Source of the DNA: Octopus vulgaris
Taxonomy: Eukaryota
Length of the DNA stretch: 64,000 nt
Direction of reading: 5' to 3'
NCBI GenBank assembly: GCA_951406725.2
Contig: OX597815.1
Coordinates: 120,280,001-120,344,000, forward strand
A program made the position numbers and the translations under genes. The notes under the pieces are model-generated. The model worked only from the letters and a program-made list of their open reading frames with translations, was not told the origin of the DNA and did no database searches. The first letter of the stretch is position 1, and each line of letters begins with the position of its first letter. Positions 25,201 through 41,000 of the stretch are shown piece by piece.

Positions 25201-25795
25201 GTGGTGTTTTGATCTCGGTCCAGTATGAGCCAGTAACTCCGGCTTTTCCTGTTCCAATCGATGTAGATGCTGCAATCTCTATTCCGTACAGTGTAGCTGG
25301 TAATAATTTACAATGACGGTAACTAGTTATATTTCCAAGTGTTAGGCTTGACTGTAGAGGTTCTTGGTTGATGCGCGTGTAGGAAAACAACTCTTTTGTA
25401 ATAAGCTGATGAATACATAAAATATAGATTAATTAAAAAAAAATATTAAATAGAATTTTTGTATAGATATTTATATTTCGTTAAACCATGCATAGGACCT
25501 ATCCAAGATCTACTAAAGTGATTTCAGCATTTAAGTGATACTATTGCTTCCTTCTGTGAACTCAGGATACTGAATTACTGAATGAGATACAATATATCAT
25601 ATTAAAGTGAATTAGACAAGGCATAGCTAAGTAAATTAAAATCGGTACAACGTAGTATCCTCTTTTTTCAGCATTCTATTTCATTTTGATATTCCTTATC
25701 AATGTTCTATAGAGAAGAGAATTAAGTTCCCTGTAAGCCGTAAGTGATTGTGTTTTAATATCCACTTGTCATTTCACCTCATTAAAGAGTAAGCT

Positions 25796-25872
<77 letters not shown>

Positions 25873-26998
25873 CCGTTCAGTTTCAATCTGTTCTTGCCTA
25901 TGTAACCTACCACTATTATTGTCCCTGCTATTAAATTCCAAAGAAAAGTAGCGAAACTATAGGCGCAGATGCTCAAATTCAGATGTATTATAAATTATAT
26001 TCTCGCGACGTATGAATATGTGTAACAATGAAAGAGATAAGTTTCTTAAAATTAAATCTAATTTATTTTCTTTAATATATAACTGAAATTATGATTATTA
26101 TAGCAAATGCAGTTTGCAGTAGCCATGTAAGCTGTTATATTCACTTTGTGTTCATTACTTGAGGCGTCAACATTTTCGTCTGCGTTAGAGATGCAACGAA
26201 AATTTTGGCACCTCAAGACGAGTGTAACAGTTTTGTGTGTCCTTATAAGATGGTTCTTATACGATGTAATTAGTTCAGTTTCAAAATATGTTCACGGATC
26301 AAGTCACTTGCCAAACATGTACAAATATGTAATGTAATTAGACGGATTTAAGGCGAGGAGCCGGCAGAATCGTTAGCACGGCGAACAAAATACTTAGCGA
26401 CAATTCGTCCGTTTTTACGTTCTGAATTCAAATTCTGCCAAGATCAGCGTTGCCTTTCATCCTTTTGGGGTGGATGAAGTAAGTACCAGTTGAGCACTGG
26501 GGTCGATGTAACCGACTTACTCACTCCCTTGAAATTGCTGGCCTTGTGCCAAATTTGAAACCAACCCTAAAACCCTAACCCTAAAATCCTAACCCCAACA
26601 CCAACCCTAAAACCCTAAAGCTAAGATCAGAACAAATGCACGAACGGTGTCATAAATAACAGTGACAAACGAAATATGCACCGCCGATTGTTGTTGTTGA
26701 CAACAGTAATTTTATTCAGCTGAATACACGTCATTGATTGGTTGAAATTACCGAAATACGACAGCGAAATAACTTTGAAAATATAAACTTTTCTCAACAA
26801 CACTAAGAGTAAGAGATGTTTTATATGACACATTCTACCAGTGTCCGAAGTTTGAAAGTGTTTAGTTACAAAACTCGATCCGCCGTTCAAAGGGAAAAGA
26901 TCCTAAATGAAAATTATTAATATCCGCAACTCATATGTGTCACTTTCTCAGTTACAGATATATGAATACTGTAGCATATTCATATGGAATATTCACGA

Positions 26999-27036
<38 letters not shown>

Positions 27037-30000
27037 TCTCTTTACTCTCTTTTACTTGTTTTAGTCATTTAACTGTGGCCATGCTGGAGCATTGCCTTTA
27101 GTCGAGAAAATCAACCCTAGGACTTATTCTTTGTAAGTATTATTTTCTTTTGCCGAACCGCTAAGTTACGGGGACGTAAACGGTTGTCAAGCGATGTTGG
27201 GGAGACAAACACAGACACATAAACACACATATATATATATACATATATACGACGAGCTTCTTTCAATTTCCGTCTACTAAATCCATTTACAAGGCTTTGG
27301 TCTGCCTGAGGCTAGTAGAAGACACTTGCCCAATGTGCCACTCAGTGGGACTGAACCAAGAACCATGTGGTTCGTAAGCAAGCTACTTACCACACAGCCA
27401 CTCCTACGCCTATATATATATATATATATATATGCAAACATCGAACAGAGAAAGCCTTGAAAAATATTGATTTAAATACATTAGTGAAGGACACAACTTC
27501 GCACATGAAGAAATTTCCTATAAATTGTGGTAAGTCAGGTCAAATAAAATTTCGTTTAGTTAAATATTGCAATGAAACTTTGAAATACACGTCAAAGCTC
27601 ATCATATAAATAACTATAAACCACTTTCGCTGGAATATACCTTATATGATATGATGATACCATTTGGTTTTTCTGGAGGGTCCCATGATAAAGCAATGCA
27701 TTCATTGTGGTAATGCGCCAATAAGTTGAGTGCAGGACCAGGGATGCTCTCTTTAGTCATGGTAGTCATTGAATCAGAAAAATTCCCCCATCCAATGTCA
27801 GTACTGGCTCTTATCTGCAGAAATAAAACATTTCCTGTTAAAAGCAACGTAACTTAGAATATACATTGGCGCTACACATAATAGTTATTATTATTTGCAT
27901 TTTACTTCGCCTTTCATCCTTTCGGAGCCGATAAATTAAGTCCAGTTGATCACTGAAGTCGACGTAATCGTTTCCCTCCTTCCTTCAAATTTACTTGCCT
28001 TGTGCCAAAAGTAGAAAAAATTATTAGAAGTTTCCCACTCTTTAGAGACAATCTACGATAGTATTTATTTTTATTAAATGGCAAAGCCTAATGTACAATA
28101 GTGTTTTAATTAAAATTGCATAGAGTTTGTAGGATGAAAGGCTAAATAATAATGGATTTATTCGTAGTTGCTATGTTTTCACTTTTAAACTTCTGAGATA
28201 TTGTAACCTTAAAAGAATAAAACTCTTCCTTAACATATATTCTTTTTGGGTGATGAGATCTATAATGATGAGTACTGAAAATGTATTTTGTTTGTGATTA
28301 TTTACATATAAATTTGAGACTCAGTGGAATGCAGAAATAATACTCTACTATATAGCATAATATATAAATTATTTACTACATAATATATAGTGATAGGTAA
28401 CTATAATATAAAGATTCAGTATGTTACTAAACTACATAGATCTTTGTGATATATTCTTCCTCAAAGGTAGCTGCACTATTTGTGACATGAGTCAGAAAAA
28501 TTCCCACAAAAAGTAAAACGAAATGGACAGGTAATGAGCGAATACTTTCTACTTTAGAAATTACTATTCATTGATATGTTTAATAGATACACGTTGTGAA
28601 TCTATCACTAGAGGGGAGATAATAACTTCTAGGTTAAAATTAAGGCTGAAGAACATGTTTACTATATACCTTTACTGAATAATTAGTATATGGTTGTAAA
28701 CCATAGAAGGTAACTGCAGCATCTTTTGAAGCCGGATGAATGATATCTATTACTTGAGTAGGATCGGTTGTTTGGATGCATCTTACCATGTACAGGGTTA
28801 ATATACCATTTGGATGTTTACTTCGTTTCCATGTCACTGTTGCCCCTCTCTCTTTCGTAATTATGTCACTCAGTAAGGGAGCATCTGGAACTGAAAGAAT
28901 TGACAGAAAAGGAAGATTGGTTTCAAATTTTAGCACAAAGGCAGCAAATTCAGGATAGGAGCTAAATCAGTCAAGTCGACCCTAGTGCTTAACTGATTTT
29001 ATTGACTCCGAAAGGATGAGAGACAAAGATGACCTCGGCGGCATTTGAACCCAGAACATGGAGATGGACGAAATGCCGCTAAGCATTTTGCCCGGCGTGC
29101 TAATGGTTCTTATTTCTTTATTGCCCACAAGGGGCTAAACATAGAGGGGACAAACAAAGACAGACAAAGGGATTAAGTCGATTACATCGACCCCAGTGCG
29201 TAACTGGTACTTAATTTATCGACCCCGAAAGGATGAAAGGCAAAGTCGACCTCGGCGGAATTTGAACTCAGAACGTAGTTCTGCCAGCTGTTTGCCTTAA
29301 CCCTTTAGCATTCATGTTACTCTGTCAAATGTAATGCTTATTTATTCACATTGTTTTCTATTAATCATGCACTGTCTCGTAGCTTCAAGATTTCGATGGT
29401 GTGTTTGTATATTTTAAAATTGACATAGTAGAGTAGGTGTGAGAGGCTGGATTTGGCTGGTTTGAACATGCAGTAGGTGGAATATTTAGGCCTGATGTGG
29501 CCGGTTTAAATGCTAACGGGTTAAACATTGGTTTCAAATTTTGGCAGAAGGCCAGCAGTTTCGGAGTGGGGAAGTGACAAGTCGATTATATTGACAGAAA
29601 GAAAATATTGAAAAATATAGCATAAAGGATTAGACATTACAGATTGCTGAGCTGATAGAATTATTGGATAAAAATAGAGTGAACAACTGCGTTTTGTTGT
29701 ATTATTGGTTTCTTAACTCTTCTCTTAAATACTCCACTCTAACTTGGTGTATATAGGTGCTGGAGGGTAGAAATAACTCGTTGCTGTAAGCAGCAGTAAC
29801 ACTATAACATTGACGAATGTTTCGCTGGAAAAGGTATGACAGACGGGTGTCTTGTACAAGCTGATGCTATTCTTCCTTTATCTGCTAAATATATTGTTCC
29901 TTATTTGCTTAGGGAGTAAATGATTCATATGCCACCAAAACGAGAGGCCAAGTTTATACCCTTCATTTCAGTAAACTGACATGTAATGTGAATTTTACAA

Positions 30001-33000
30001 ACAAATCGTTCATAATCTACTCTTTACAACTCGCCAGGGTCCATGATATAGAATGCATTGATAATTGCAAAAGTTGAAGCTAAACTCAGCCGTAGAGAGT
30101 TGCTAAGTCTTTATTATCGACACAAAGTAGTGCAAAATGCAATATACAACTGACCTGCCTCTTAGTTAATCATGCACAATCTACCAGATTAAGTCCAAAG
30201 TTTTTTTCGGATTTTCACTGATGATTTTTGGCAACTTGTATCTCCGTATAACATTGTTAATTTGATACAACTTGTCCAATTGCTGCTGAATTGTTTAGTC
30301 TTTAGTTCACAGCTCTGATAATGAGCAGTGAAAAATCGCTATTAGAGCCATTTTATGCTACCTATGGGGAAAAGGACTAAGTGCAAAAGCAGCGGCAAAA
30401 GAAATAAATGATGTGGAAAGACCAGGAACTGTCAACGATCATGTGGCACAAAACTGGTTCAAACGTTCCAAGAAGGTGACACCAGCCTCGATGAGAAGCC
30501 AAGATTACGGAGATCTATTGTGGATAATGAGGCCTTGAAATGGTTGAACATCCGAGCACAAGAACTCGTACATTGTCGGCAGACTTGGTTCTTCACAAAA
30601 CACCATCAATCGACACCTGTATAATGACACGTGAACATTTACAAACAATTGCTGGCAAATCCTCGAGATGCCCGTTTTGTCGTCGAATTATGACTAGGGG
30701 TGAAAAATGAATCTATTTTCGCAATCCTAATTAGAGAGATCAGTGGCTTCGTCCCGGCCGCGAAATTTTTCCCCACGGGAGTTCCGGACCCCATTAATGA
30801 ACTCATTTGCATATAGCCAATCAGAGGTTACCTTGACCTTGTTGTCATAACATTCGTGAATGTGTTAAAAAAACAACCAATCTCTCGGTAAAACACACTC
30901 TATCAAGTAAACTCAAGTCGAAGAACGATGCTGTAAGTTGACCGATCACCAAGTTATTTCTGATTTTAGGAGACAAGTAATTAGATATATTTGCATTTAT
31001 ACCTATTATCGGATTTTGTTAGGGTCCCATATGGTGAAGACGTGGATGGGAAAAATGTGGGTAGAGGGTGATGTGCTAGCAACCCTCTCCCCTTACTGTT
31101 TTAAAAGTAAATAACCACACAAATAACTACGCATAGGCAGCCATGGTTGAAACAAGAACAACAAGCATTATTAAAATAGAAAAAAGCATGGTCATTCCTT
31201 ACCCAAGTGACCTTATCTTATCGTCTATCACTTGCTATACGCTCATAAATTAGTTTGATAGTTGAGCTCTGATTGATTGTATGCAAATAAGTTCATAACT
31301 CTCGTGGGAAAAAAAACTTTCGCGTCCCGGCCAGGCTTTAGAACCTGTTGTCAAACAAGGGCGGTTTGAACAGGTCATGTTGTGTGTTTGTTGGAATCTC
31401 GAGGGTGTGTTGCACTTGTCGCAAATAGTAATGCTGTGAACACTAACTTTATGCTCAATAACTGCAATGAGCGTATGATGTTTTGAAAGCCCGTTACCCG
31501 GCATTTGGCAGTCGAAGACGTGCACTATCTTTTCTTAGCCATGGCTCATTTCCTACACGTATGTAGGTTCAATAATGTGGATGAGGAGGAAAATGGGCGC
31601 AGGGAGTCTTTTGCTTCTAAACCAGCCAAATGGTGTAAGCGTGGAATTGAGATTCTAGCACAACGATGACAACAGACAATGGAATATGGTGGGACATATT
31701 TCGATGAATAAACGCTTTTCATATGTTATTTGATTGTACTATTAATTAAAATTTGAAATATGGAAAAACTTTTGATGCAACCTGGTATTGTGGAGGCAAT
31801 TTGTGGATCCTGTAACTTCAGCCGGCGTAAATATTGATATCTAGGAAGAGTTTTTTTTATATTGGTAGATGCTACTTCAAAAATCGAGAAGGAATAAAAG
31901 CTTGATGTGATCTTTGTTGAATCTGCACTTAGAACATCTTGAGAGTTGAACCTGAGTCGAGATACACTAAGGTATTTGACCTTCTACTTTATTTTTTTTT
32001 TAAAGCAACTGTTTCGCTAACATGGATTAGATTGCCCATGTTCAGTCCACTTCAGGACGAAGGCTTTAGCATGTTCTCTCCACCTCATACTGGTTTGATG
32101 AGCCAATTCTTCCACACTGGCTCAACAGAGGGATGCAGATTTTTTTAATACTCATACCCAAGAATAGTTGTCAATTACATCGACTCCAGTGCTCAATTGG
32201 TACTTATTTTATCGACCACGAAAGGCTGAAAGACAAAATTGACCTCGGCGGGATTTGAACCCAGAGCGTAAGGATGGATGCAATATAGCTAAACATTTCG
32301 CCCGGCGTGCTAACGATTCTACACACATGCCGTCTAACTGTACATAAATAAACTCTTACTTGTTTGTAACGTCTGAAATTTTAGTTCTTCGCTGAAACCT
32401 CCGGCTCCTACTGAGTTCACATACCGAATACTAATACCGTATTTTGTGAACGGTTTTAAATCAGGAATAACCAAAAACTGGTATTTCGTCTTCAAAGTTG
32501 AATGTGCTGCTGCTATGTCATGTGATTGAATAACAATTTCGTATCGAATGAGAACGCCGCCTCTTTCAGCGCAAGGTAAATTGTCCCATTCAATGGTCAC
32601 GTGATTTGCTGATAGACTTATTATTCTGACATCTTTTATTTTTCCTGTTGGCACTGCAGAAACAAAGTGTTTTCAAATTTAAAACACATAAGTTTTATCA
32701 TAGACAAGAAGGTAGACTCAAATTAAAAGGAAATTGATTATTACTGCCAAAATAATTTTTTGCTGTTGATGAATAAAAATTCATAAAAATTAGATGCACT
32801 TCAGTCAGTTCTGCTAAAGCGCATACCTTTTTTTTTAATGAATTAAAATGATGAATTGAATTAAGACAAAATAGAAATAAAAAATTAGATGTACAGTTGA
32901 TTCCGCTTAATTGCAAATTCAGATGATAATTTCGTTCTCCAATGCAACGCACTTAAGCGGAATTGACTATACTAATCTACAAAATGTTATGTCCATTATT

Positions 33001-33257
33001 CATTCAGGGATCGACAATGTATTTACAGAAAGTTGTATATAACTAAAGAGAAGCCTCAAAAATCAATTTTCTGGGAATGACAGCAACACAGAAATGTAGA
33101 TATAACCAACCTCGTTATTCATCAGGGTTAAGGACTGAAAATGTGCTTCAAAGATAGCAGATATCGACATTATATCGAAAGTAAATCTACAGAGCTTGTG
33201 TGGTTCAGAAGTTAGCTTCAGAACAATTTAGTTTCTGGTTCTGTTCCATAGCCTGGC

Positions 33258-33325
<68 letters not shown>

Positions 33326-33357
33326 CTCTATCTATCTCTCTCTCTCTCTCTCTCTCT

Positions 33358-33398
<41 letters not shown>

Positions 33399-34306
33399 CT
33401 AGGAGTAATTGTCGACAACAATCTCAGCTGGAGTGCCCACATCAACAATAAGGTCGATATAGCACGTAGGATGAGCTCCTGGATCCTAAGAGCCTTCCGG
33501 TCCAGAGAACAAAGTGTCAGCATTCCTATTTTCTCCTCCTTTTTACGGCCACATTTCGAATACTGCTGCCCACTGTGGTCTCCCCATACAAAACAAAATA
33601 TGACTGATCTTTATTATTAGGACTGCCTTAAAGCATTGAAACTCTATTCTCTCTAGCACCGCCCTGAGCGATACATCATTTGTACGATGTGGAGAATACA
33701 CCACCAGCATTGTCCAAACGACCTCAACATTTGTTTCAGAATTAATCCAAGGCTAGGACCACGGGCCATATGTCCCCTACCCAATTCAGGATCACAACAC
33801 ATAAATACACTGCAACACAATTTCTTTTCTTTTATGGCCCTGCTCTATTTAACATTGTCCCTCTTAGATCACAGAGGAAAAGGATCCCATTAGGCGAAAT
33901 CTGGATAAATGGACCATGAAAAAGTGGAATCATGCAATAATAAATCTCTGAGTCAGTTATAAACAGTTGCTTCACGACATCGTGAAGTATATTTGCCACC
34001 AAAATGTGGCCAACCCTTAATGGTTAGCCACTTTTTTGAGGTCAGTGACTTTTCGTCACTGGAAAAAGTATATATATTTGCATTGAGAACCACTTCCCAT
34101 CGCCAAGCGATGGCTGTCACATGCTGATGACGGGTCTATACTCAGAAACTCGGGTCCGTGTGTATCACGTCAGGTTGGGGATGGGAACGATGACTTCCTT
34201 TTGCAAATACTGATAGGGCACAGATAGTGTGTCAATAGCCAGCTGGAGGAGATGTCTTCCTGGGGCTACAACCCATCGACCCTCAAGGGTTATCCACATT
34301 TAGGTG

Positions 34307-34375
<69 letters not shown>

Positions 34376-34984
34376 CATGCACACACACATATATACCTAG
34401 GTACGTATTGTTGCTGTTGCTATTATAAACGGAAATTTCTTGAATTCCGCATGTATATAAGAATGGGCATGAATGTACGTGCGAAAAACACTCAAGTCAA
34501 ATCTATTGTATGAAACAAATGAGGTCATATCTATTTTAATGTGACACGTTATCTAATCCCATGCGATTAGGATTTCTTTAACACATCCCTAGAAACGAAT
34601 AATAAATTACTGTTGGTTATATCGTGTGAAAGTCAGTGAAAAGGGTATGTATTTTGGTGAGATAAGGTTAAGACAGCAAAAAGGGTAATGTTTATGATGC
34701 GATAAATTTAAAATTAATATCCACAATCATCATCATCATTACCGTCTTTAACGTCTACTTTTCTTTGCATTACATGAGTTAGACGGAATTTTCGAAGGTA
34801 GCTTTTCTATAAACGAACAGTCCTTTTTGCTGCCAACCCTCACCTGTTTCCAAGCAAGGAAATACTTCTCTATGGTTAGACATGTTTTTACATAAGACTG
34901 GAAACAAATGAAACCACTAATATTATAATGATGCTCATTTATAGCTGTCATGCTATAAAGTTCAGTAGACTCAGATACACATAG

Positions 34985-35058
<74 letters not shown>

Positions 35059-38000
35059 CTAAGACAGACACATTCATATGCGTGTGTACGAAGGGTCTTC
35101 TTTCAGTTTCCGTCTACAAAATTCAGTCATAAAGCTTTTGTTGGCCCGTGGCTATAGTAGAAGACATTTATTCAAAACGTCACGCAGTGCGTCTGAATCC
35201 GTAGCTGCGTAATGGGAAAACGAACTTTTTAAACACACAACCGATTACATAGCAAAATATTTTTGAAGCAGCCTTGAAAAATTGGATTTTTCAAAGTACA
35301 AAAACTGTTGTATGAAATCTCCAAATACAACGAGTAATCATTTGTAAAAAGTAAATTAAACGTGTTCGGTGTTTAGGTAAGTGTTTAGGTAAGTGTAAGG
35401 AGAATTTTCCATTGATGTCTACTTGTATATCGTGTAACCAGGCCATAGGTATGATAGCTGAAGCCTCTAGTTTCTTTTACGGCGTATTCTAATCCAGTAT
35501 TTCGCAAAGTGATTTCTGAGGACCCCACTTCAGCGCTCCGTTAAAAATTCTGAGGTTCTGCGAAATAATGTGTGTAAAAAAATAATAATGAATTATTTTT
35601 ATTTAAAATAAGGCATTAACTATTTTCAAACGAATTTTCTCCCTAAAACAATTCTTGTTTCATTTAATCTCTTACTAAAATTAGGGTGGCAGAGGTTGTC
35701 CACAAAACATAGGTATGGGTTTTAGGATTTTCGAAAAGTTTAGCCAATATTATTGTATTGTCTAGTACACAATTATTGATGCCATAAAATATTTTGAGTT
35801 TGGTTTTCATGACTTTTAGTGTTACCATTTGTGGTTCAATTTTTGTGTCAATAATTTCTGACGTTTTAAGATAGAACTAAAATATGTTTTTAATTCCATC
35901 AGTAAATGTAAAATAAACCAGACGACCTAATACTTTAAAAAAATCAATTCAACAACTTCTTCATATTATAAAACTGACAAGGGCTCAAAAGGTGAATCCT
36001 CAAATATGGGGCTTCTGGTTTTGTAAAGAGGCAAGGACCAATCTAGCAAAATTGATGTCATATTTAGTATTAGCATCCAAACTTACTTTAAAGTCAGTCT
36101 AATTACTTTGGCGATAAAAAAAAGTTGACCAGTGTTATAGCCAATTCACTTACCCATTTCGGCAGTTAGTACTGATTCGACGTAATGTAAGTTATAGGGA
36201 GACATAATTTCCACAGTAATTGTATAATGTCGCCATAAGCTGGTATTTAACACAACGAAGTTTGAATCAAATGTAATGCTGGATACATTTGCTGAAATAT
36301 CATCACAATCTCCAATACCAGTCTCTTCATAGCTCACTTTAACAGTGCTCTGGTATTTCTTGTGAAGGAAGATTTCGATGTTGCCGTCATCTGTTGTATT
36401 TATAGTCTGCAGAGTTTTATCCACCAACGCTAAAAGCGCATTTAGAAAGAGAGAAGTAAAAGAGAAAACATTTTATTTCTTTTAAGTTAAATTTTATATA
36501 AAAAAAAAACGGAGAAAACAAAATAACAGAAATGCCATTATGAAGTACCCGTGGTAAAAGAAAGGAAATGATAGGTACTTATTGTATACGAAGAAATATA
36601 AACGGGCAGTTGGCTGAGTTGTCAGAATGGTGGATAAATTGTTTGGCAGTCATCGTTTTTGATCCTAGAAATTTGAGTTCACATCCCTCTGAGGTAAACT
36701 GTGCCTTTCATTCATTTGTATTCGATAAATAAATCAGGAATCTTATACTCGAGTCGATCCTTCTCCAACTCTTTCTTTCCGTCTGTTTCTTGCTCTCCGG
36801 GAAAAAAAATCAAGTTTATTTAGATCTGGAGGAAGAAGAGCTATGCTACGTCTAAAAAGTACTCAAGACGTTGTATATCACGATGGCGCTCCTACGATGC
36901 CCGTCGAGGAATTCGATACCCATGACATGGCATGAAGAGAGAGATACGACTGAAGTAATGTCGCAATGTTTCTAATTACATTCATACACTCATTAGCTGT
37001 TCATGGAAGGTTTCTGATGTATAGTTCTGGTTAGCAGATTTGTTTCCCATTTTGTAGCTAATCATATGATCAGTTTAGTTAATAATGATCAAATGGAATA
37101 ATTCTAATTTACTGACCGGACAGACAACATTTAGAGCTCTCTGTAACAGCCAGAAACGGGGAAGGAGACTCAAAAGCAACTGCAATTGTCCTTATTTTAT
37201 AAAATAAGGAGCGGGTCCAATAACATGAAAGTCATTAATTAGGCCCGGCTCAGAGGCGAATCTAGTTCTAGTAGTATGGCAGTATGACACTGTGACAATT
37301 GAGAAAGTCTTTACAATCACTCTGATAATTAAGCCGAAAGCGTACAAGACAAAAAACAAAGATAAAATATAATTTAAGCCTCCGATTATTTAGAGGAGTC
37401 AGCGGTCCAAGAGCATCTAATGTGATTAGCTGAGCTGAGATATAAAAGGTGTTTAAAAGAACTGCGGATAATCTGTTAAAAATACAACAAAGAATTATTA
37501 TTAAAGTGGAAACTGTGGCAAGAGCCAATACAATTTCTTTTAAGTAAGTCATGAGAAGAGTGTTAATTCCAGTTATCTTTGTAGGTACTCTTAAATAGAT
37601 GAGATTGATGAATTTAGCATTTCTCAAACATGTTTGATTGTTATCCTCTTTATTTTATTAGCACTTTTTCAGTACCTTCTTACTATGATTTAGTAAAGTA
37701 CACCACCTTTACAAACACACATACCAAAAACGAGTATGTGGATATGAGTATGTGTGTATGTGCATGTGCTTATTAGGACATTACCTAATACTACAGGTGC
37801 AGTGGTTGTCTTTATTGTATGTCAAAATACTCTTGATTTTGATAATTATACTTTTGTTTATTGTTTATAATTTGCTTAAATATTCACATTTTGAAGTTAA
37901 TTATTATTATAATTACCGTGATTTTGTCTAACAAGTGCTTTACCATAATACTACATATTTTTTTATGTCAATATCTAAATAGGAGACAAAAATTAAAAAC

Positions 38001-41000
38001 TGCACAGATACATCTGTAGCTAAACCCCCTTTGTTCCCAAGTATTTACATAAAAATTTCCCAATGCCCAGCCCATACATCTGAAGGTCAATGTCAGCAGG
38101 AAAAATGTGGACAGGGAGACAACCGAGGGTTGTGGCCTGGATGCTTGCAGCAAAGTAAACAACACTAAAGGCACCCAGTGACTAAATGGTGGTATCAAAC
38201 TGGACGAGTCAGACGAGTCTAAGAAAGAAAATTCTCTAGCTAAGAACATTGGAGAAAAACTCTAGCTATCAACACAAGAGATCATTAACAAACAATCTAA
38301 CAAAGTTGTCTACCTATGAACCCTAAGTGTTTAATCAATTACTAGATTAGGCATTTGCAGTAAGACTGCACCTTTGCATCATGAGTTGATTGGGCTCTTA
38401 TCACTACATGCTCTACTCTCTGACTCCAAGAGCTTAGCTGAGTGGGGTTTATTCCAAGGTTTGGTTATGTTACTACAAACAAACATATTGTTATGTAGGT
38501 GATACCATTCTTCATACCTCCTTAAACTTTTGCAGACAGGCATCACCCATATACAACTTAAATAACTCATGACAATCATGCACGGTTTCTATAAACTTCA
38601 AAAACATCCTTCAATGGAAACTTTATAATTTAATCTACATTGACAGCTCTCATAAATAATTACTGTAGTTATCATAGAAATAGTTCGCATAAACACACGT
38701 TCAGCACAATAGAACTCAGAACTTTCTGCAGGTTTTGTCTTGGCGACTTCACACATTAAACATTGTCAAAATTACATTCTGAATATTGGGTTACGTATCC
38801 AGGGTCATAAAATAGTTCATTTCAAATATGTACAAGGAAGTACTCAGATATTTAGGACAGTGCTAGACTATCAAGCTGATTGAAAAATATTCATTCATCA
38901 GTATACTGCAACTCTTAGATAAACTTGCAGTCTTCTTTGACTTTTACTGGTACTACGTCAAGCTTCTCTTAATTGAATATAAAATTTGTATACAGCAAGT
39001 ATTTTAATTAAAGCACGTTTTCCTGTTTTGCCTATATTAAAAACACTCACCTGAACACAGTACGAAGATGAATGGTGTCGGGACACCTATTGGCCCGCTG
39101 ATATTAAATTTTTTCGATGAAGAGATGACATCAATCCGGAATTGATAGAGGGAATTCTCAGTCAAACCTGTGACGTTTACAGTGTATTTAGAGATGTTTT
39201 CGTTTTGAAGTACATCTTTTTTGTTTATCCAGTTTACATCAGATTTGCTGCGCATTTTCAGCCTTATAAAAACAAAGCAAATCATTACTGTAACAATGAC
39301 GACAACATGCTAAATAGTAAAATAATGCTCAAACGAGCAATTTGGTAATAAGGGAAGACTAAGGAGCGATGTCACTCTTCAGTCTCCCTCTTTATGGATA
39401 AGGTCCATTTAAAGAATAAGATATGAGAATCTCTATCTTGTTTAGTGTGTAACATTTTGAATTTATATTCCATACAAGTTGATTTTGCTTTTGTATTCCT
39501 GTAGAATAACGAAACAGAATCAGCTGTATTCTATTATTAAGTAGGACTATTAAAGAGAACATAGCCCTAAATTTGCAATTTTAGTTATGCACAAATTATT
39601 TAAAAGTGAATGTTTTGAGTTACAAAGATCCTTGAGACCAGTGTACAATCCCAGTATTAGGTAAATGAGAGATAAATTTCCCTTAGAGAAGACACCGAGC
39701 ACTGAGAAGTAGCATTTTCATCCAGTGGTATTTTGTTAACGAAATACTTGTACATTTCCTACAGTGCTACCACTGCTTACTATGGTGAAATATTCCACTT
39801 GAATTAATTACATAGAGCTACGGAGAGCTGATCATGAGTTAAGCTGCTACACTCGATTGTTGATGGTTAAGTATTTTAACAGAAGAAGTGAGGCACAATA
39901 CGGATCACTAATCCTTTAAGTAGCTATCTGATATTCTGCTGGTTCGGGTTATCTGTAGTCTCTATAAGAGGATTGCCCAGGTAAAAACATCTGAATTTCA
40001 TTTAGCTACTTCAGTTAAAGAATTTAAGGAATGTATAATGTTCATTTAAGGCTCATTTGAATCAGTAATAGCATGGAAAATTATTTTAGTTTGTAACATG
40101 GTAATGTTTATTCAATTGAAAATGGAAATAGATCAAGAAAATAATGCATGACCATTAAAAAGAAAAAATAAAGACAGAATAACTATGAGACAAAAGATAT
40201 TTAAATCGTAGTCCTGGGTTATTTGTGCGTATGAAATGCCTGATGTATCATTCATTTAGTGCATTTACAGACGGTAAAAATATGTTGTACGTACGAATAA
40301 AAGGATACGGATGTAGAGCCTAGGTCCGAATCATAATTCCAGGCATTCCATGAAACCGAAACTGTGTGACAGTCCAAAACCTTAGCAGTGGGAGGATTGA
40401 CAAGAGTTGACAACTCTATAAGGGAATGAAAGTGATTAGGTAACTTTATAATTATTTAAAACGTTTGAAAGTAAAAGAAACTTCTTCAGTAAAGTATGAA
40501 ACGTTTTTAGTCACAGCATCACAGTCGTAGAAATAAAAAAAAACTTATAACATGAGTTTATTCATTGTTACTGAGACAACACACCGCCTATAGCAATGAT
40601 GATAACATAGCAGAATGTCTCGAATTTGAAGGAGAACGTTATTGGATCGACCACATGGCATAAATGATACTTATTATCGATCCTGGAAGAATAAAAGGCA
40701 TTGTCAGCCCCTCGTCAAAACGCAGTTAAGTCCGCTGTCATCTCCTATAACAAGATGAACCACTGAGGTACCTTCTACGTGGCCGATCGACCGGCTAAAA
40801 TAACTGGTAAATCTCTTTCATACCATTTCCTATCATCTTAGAAAGGATGGCTGCATTAGATGGTGTAACCATAGGCAACTATGTATAAAAATATACGAGA
40901 CGGCCACGGATATTTGTGATCAGGAGCGAGAAACACGTTCTGAAATATATAGACAAATCAAAAGAAGAATTGATACTTTCGTCATTGATCTCTCGATCAA

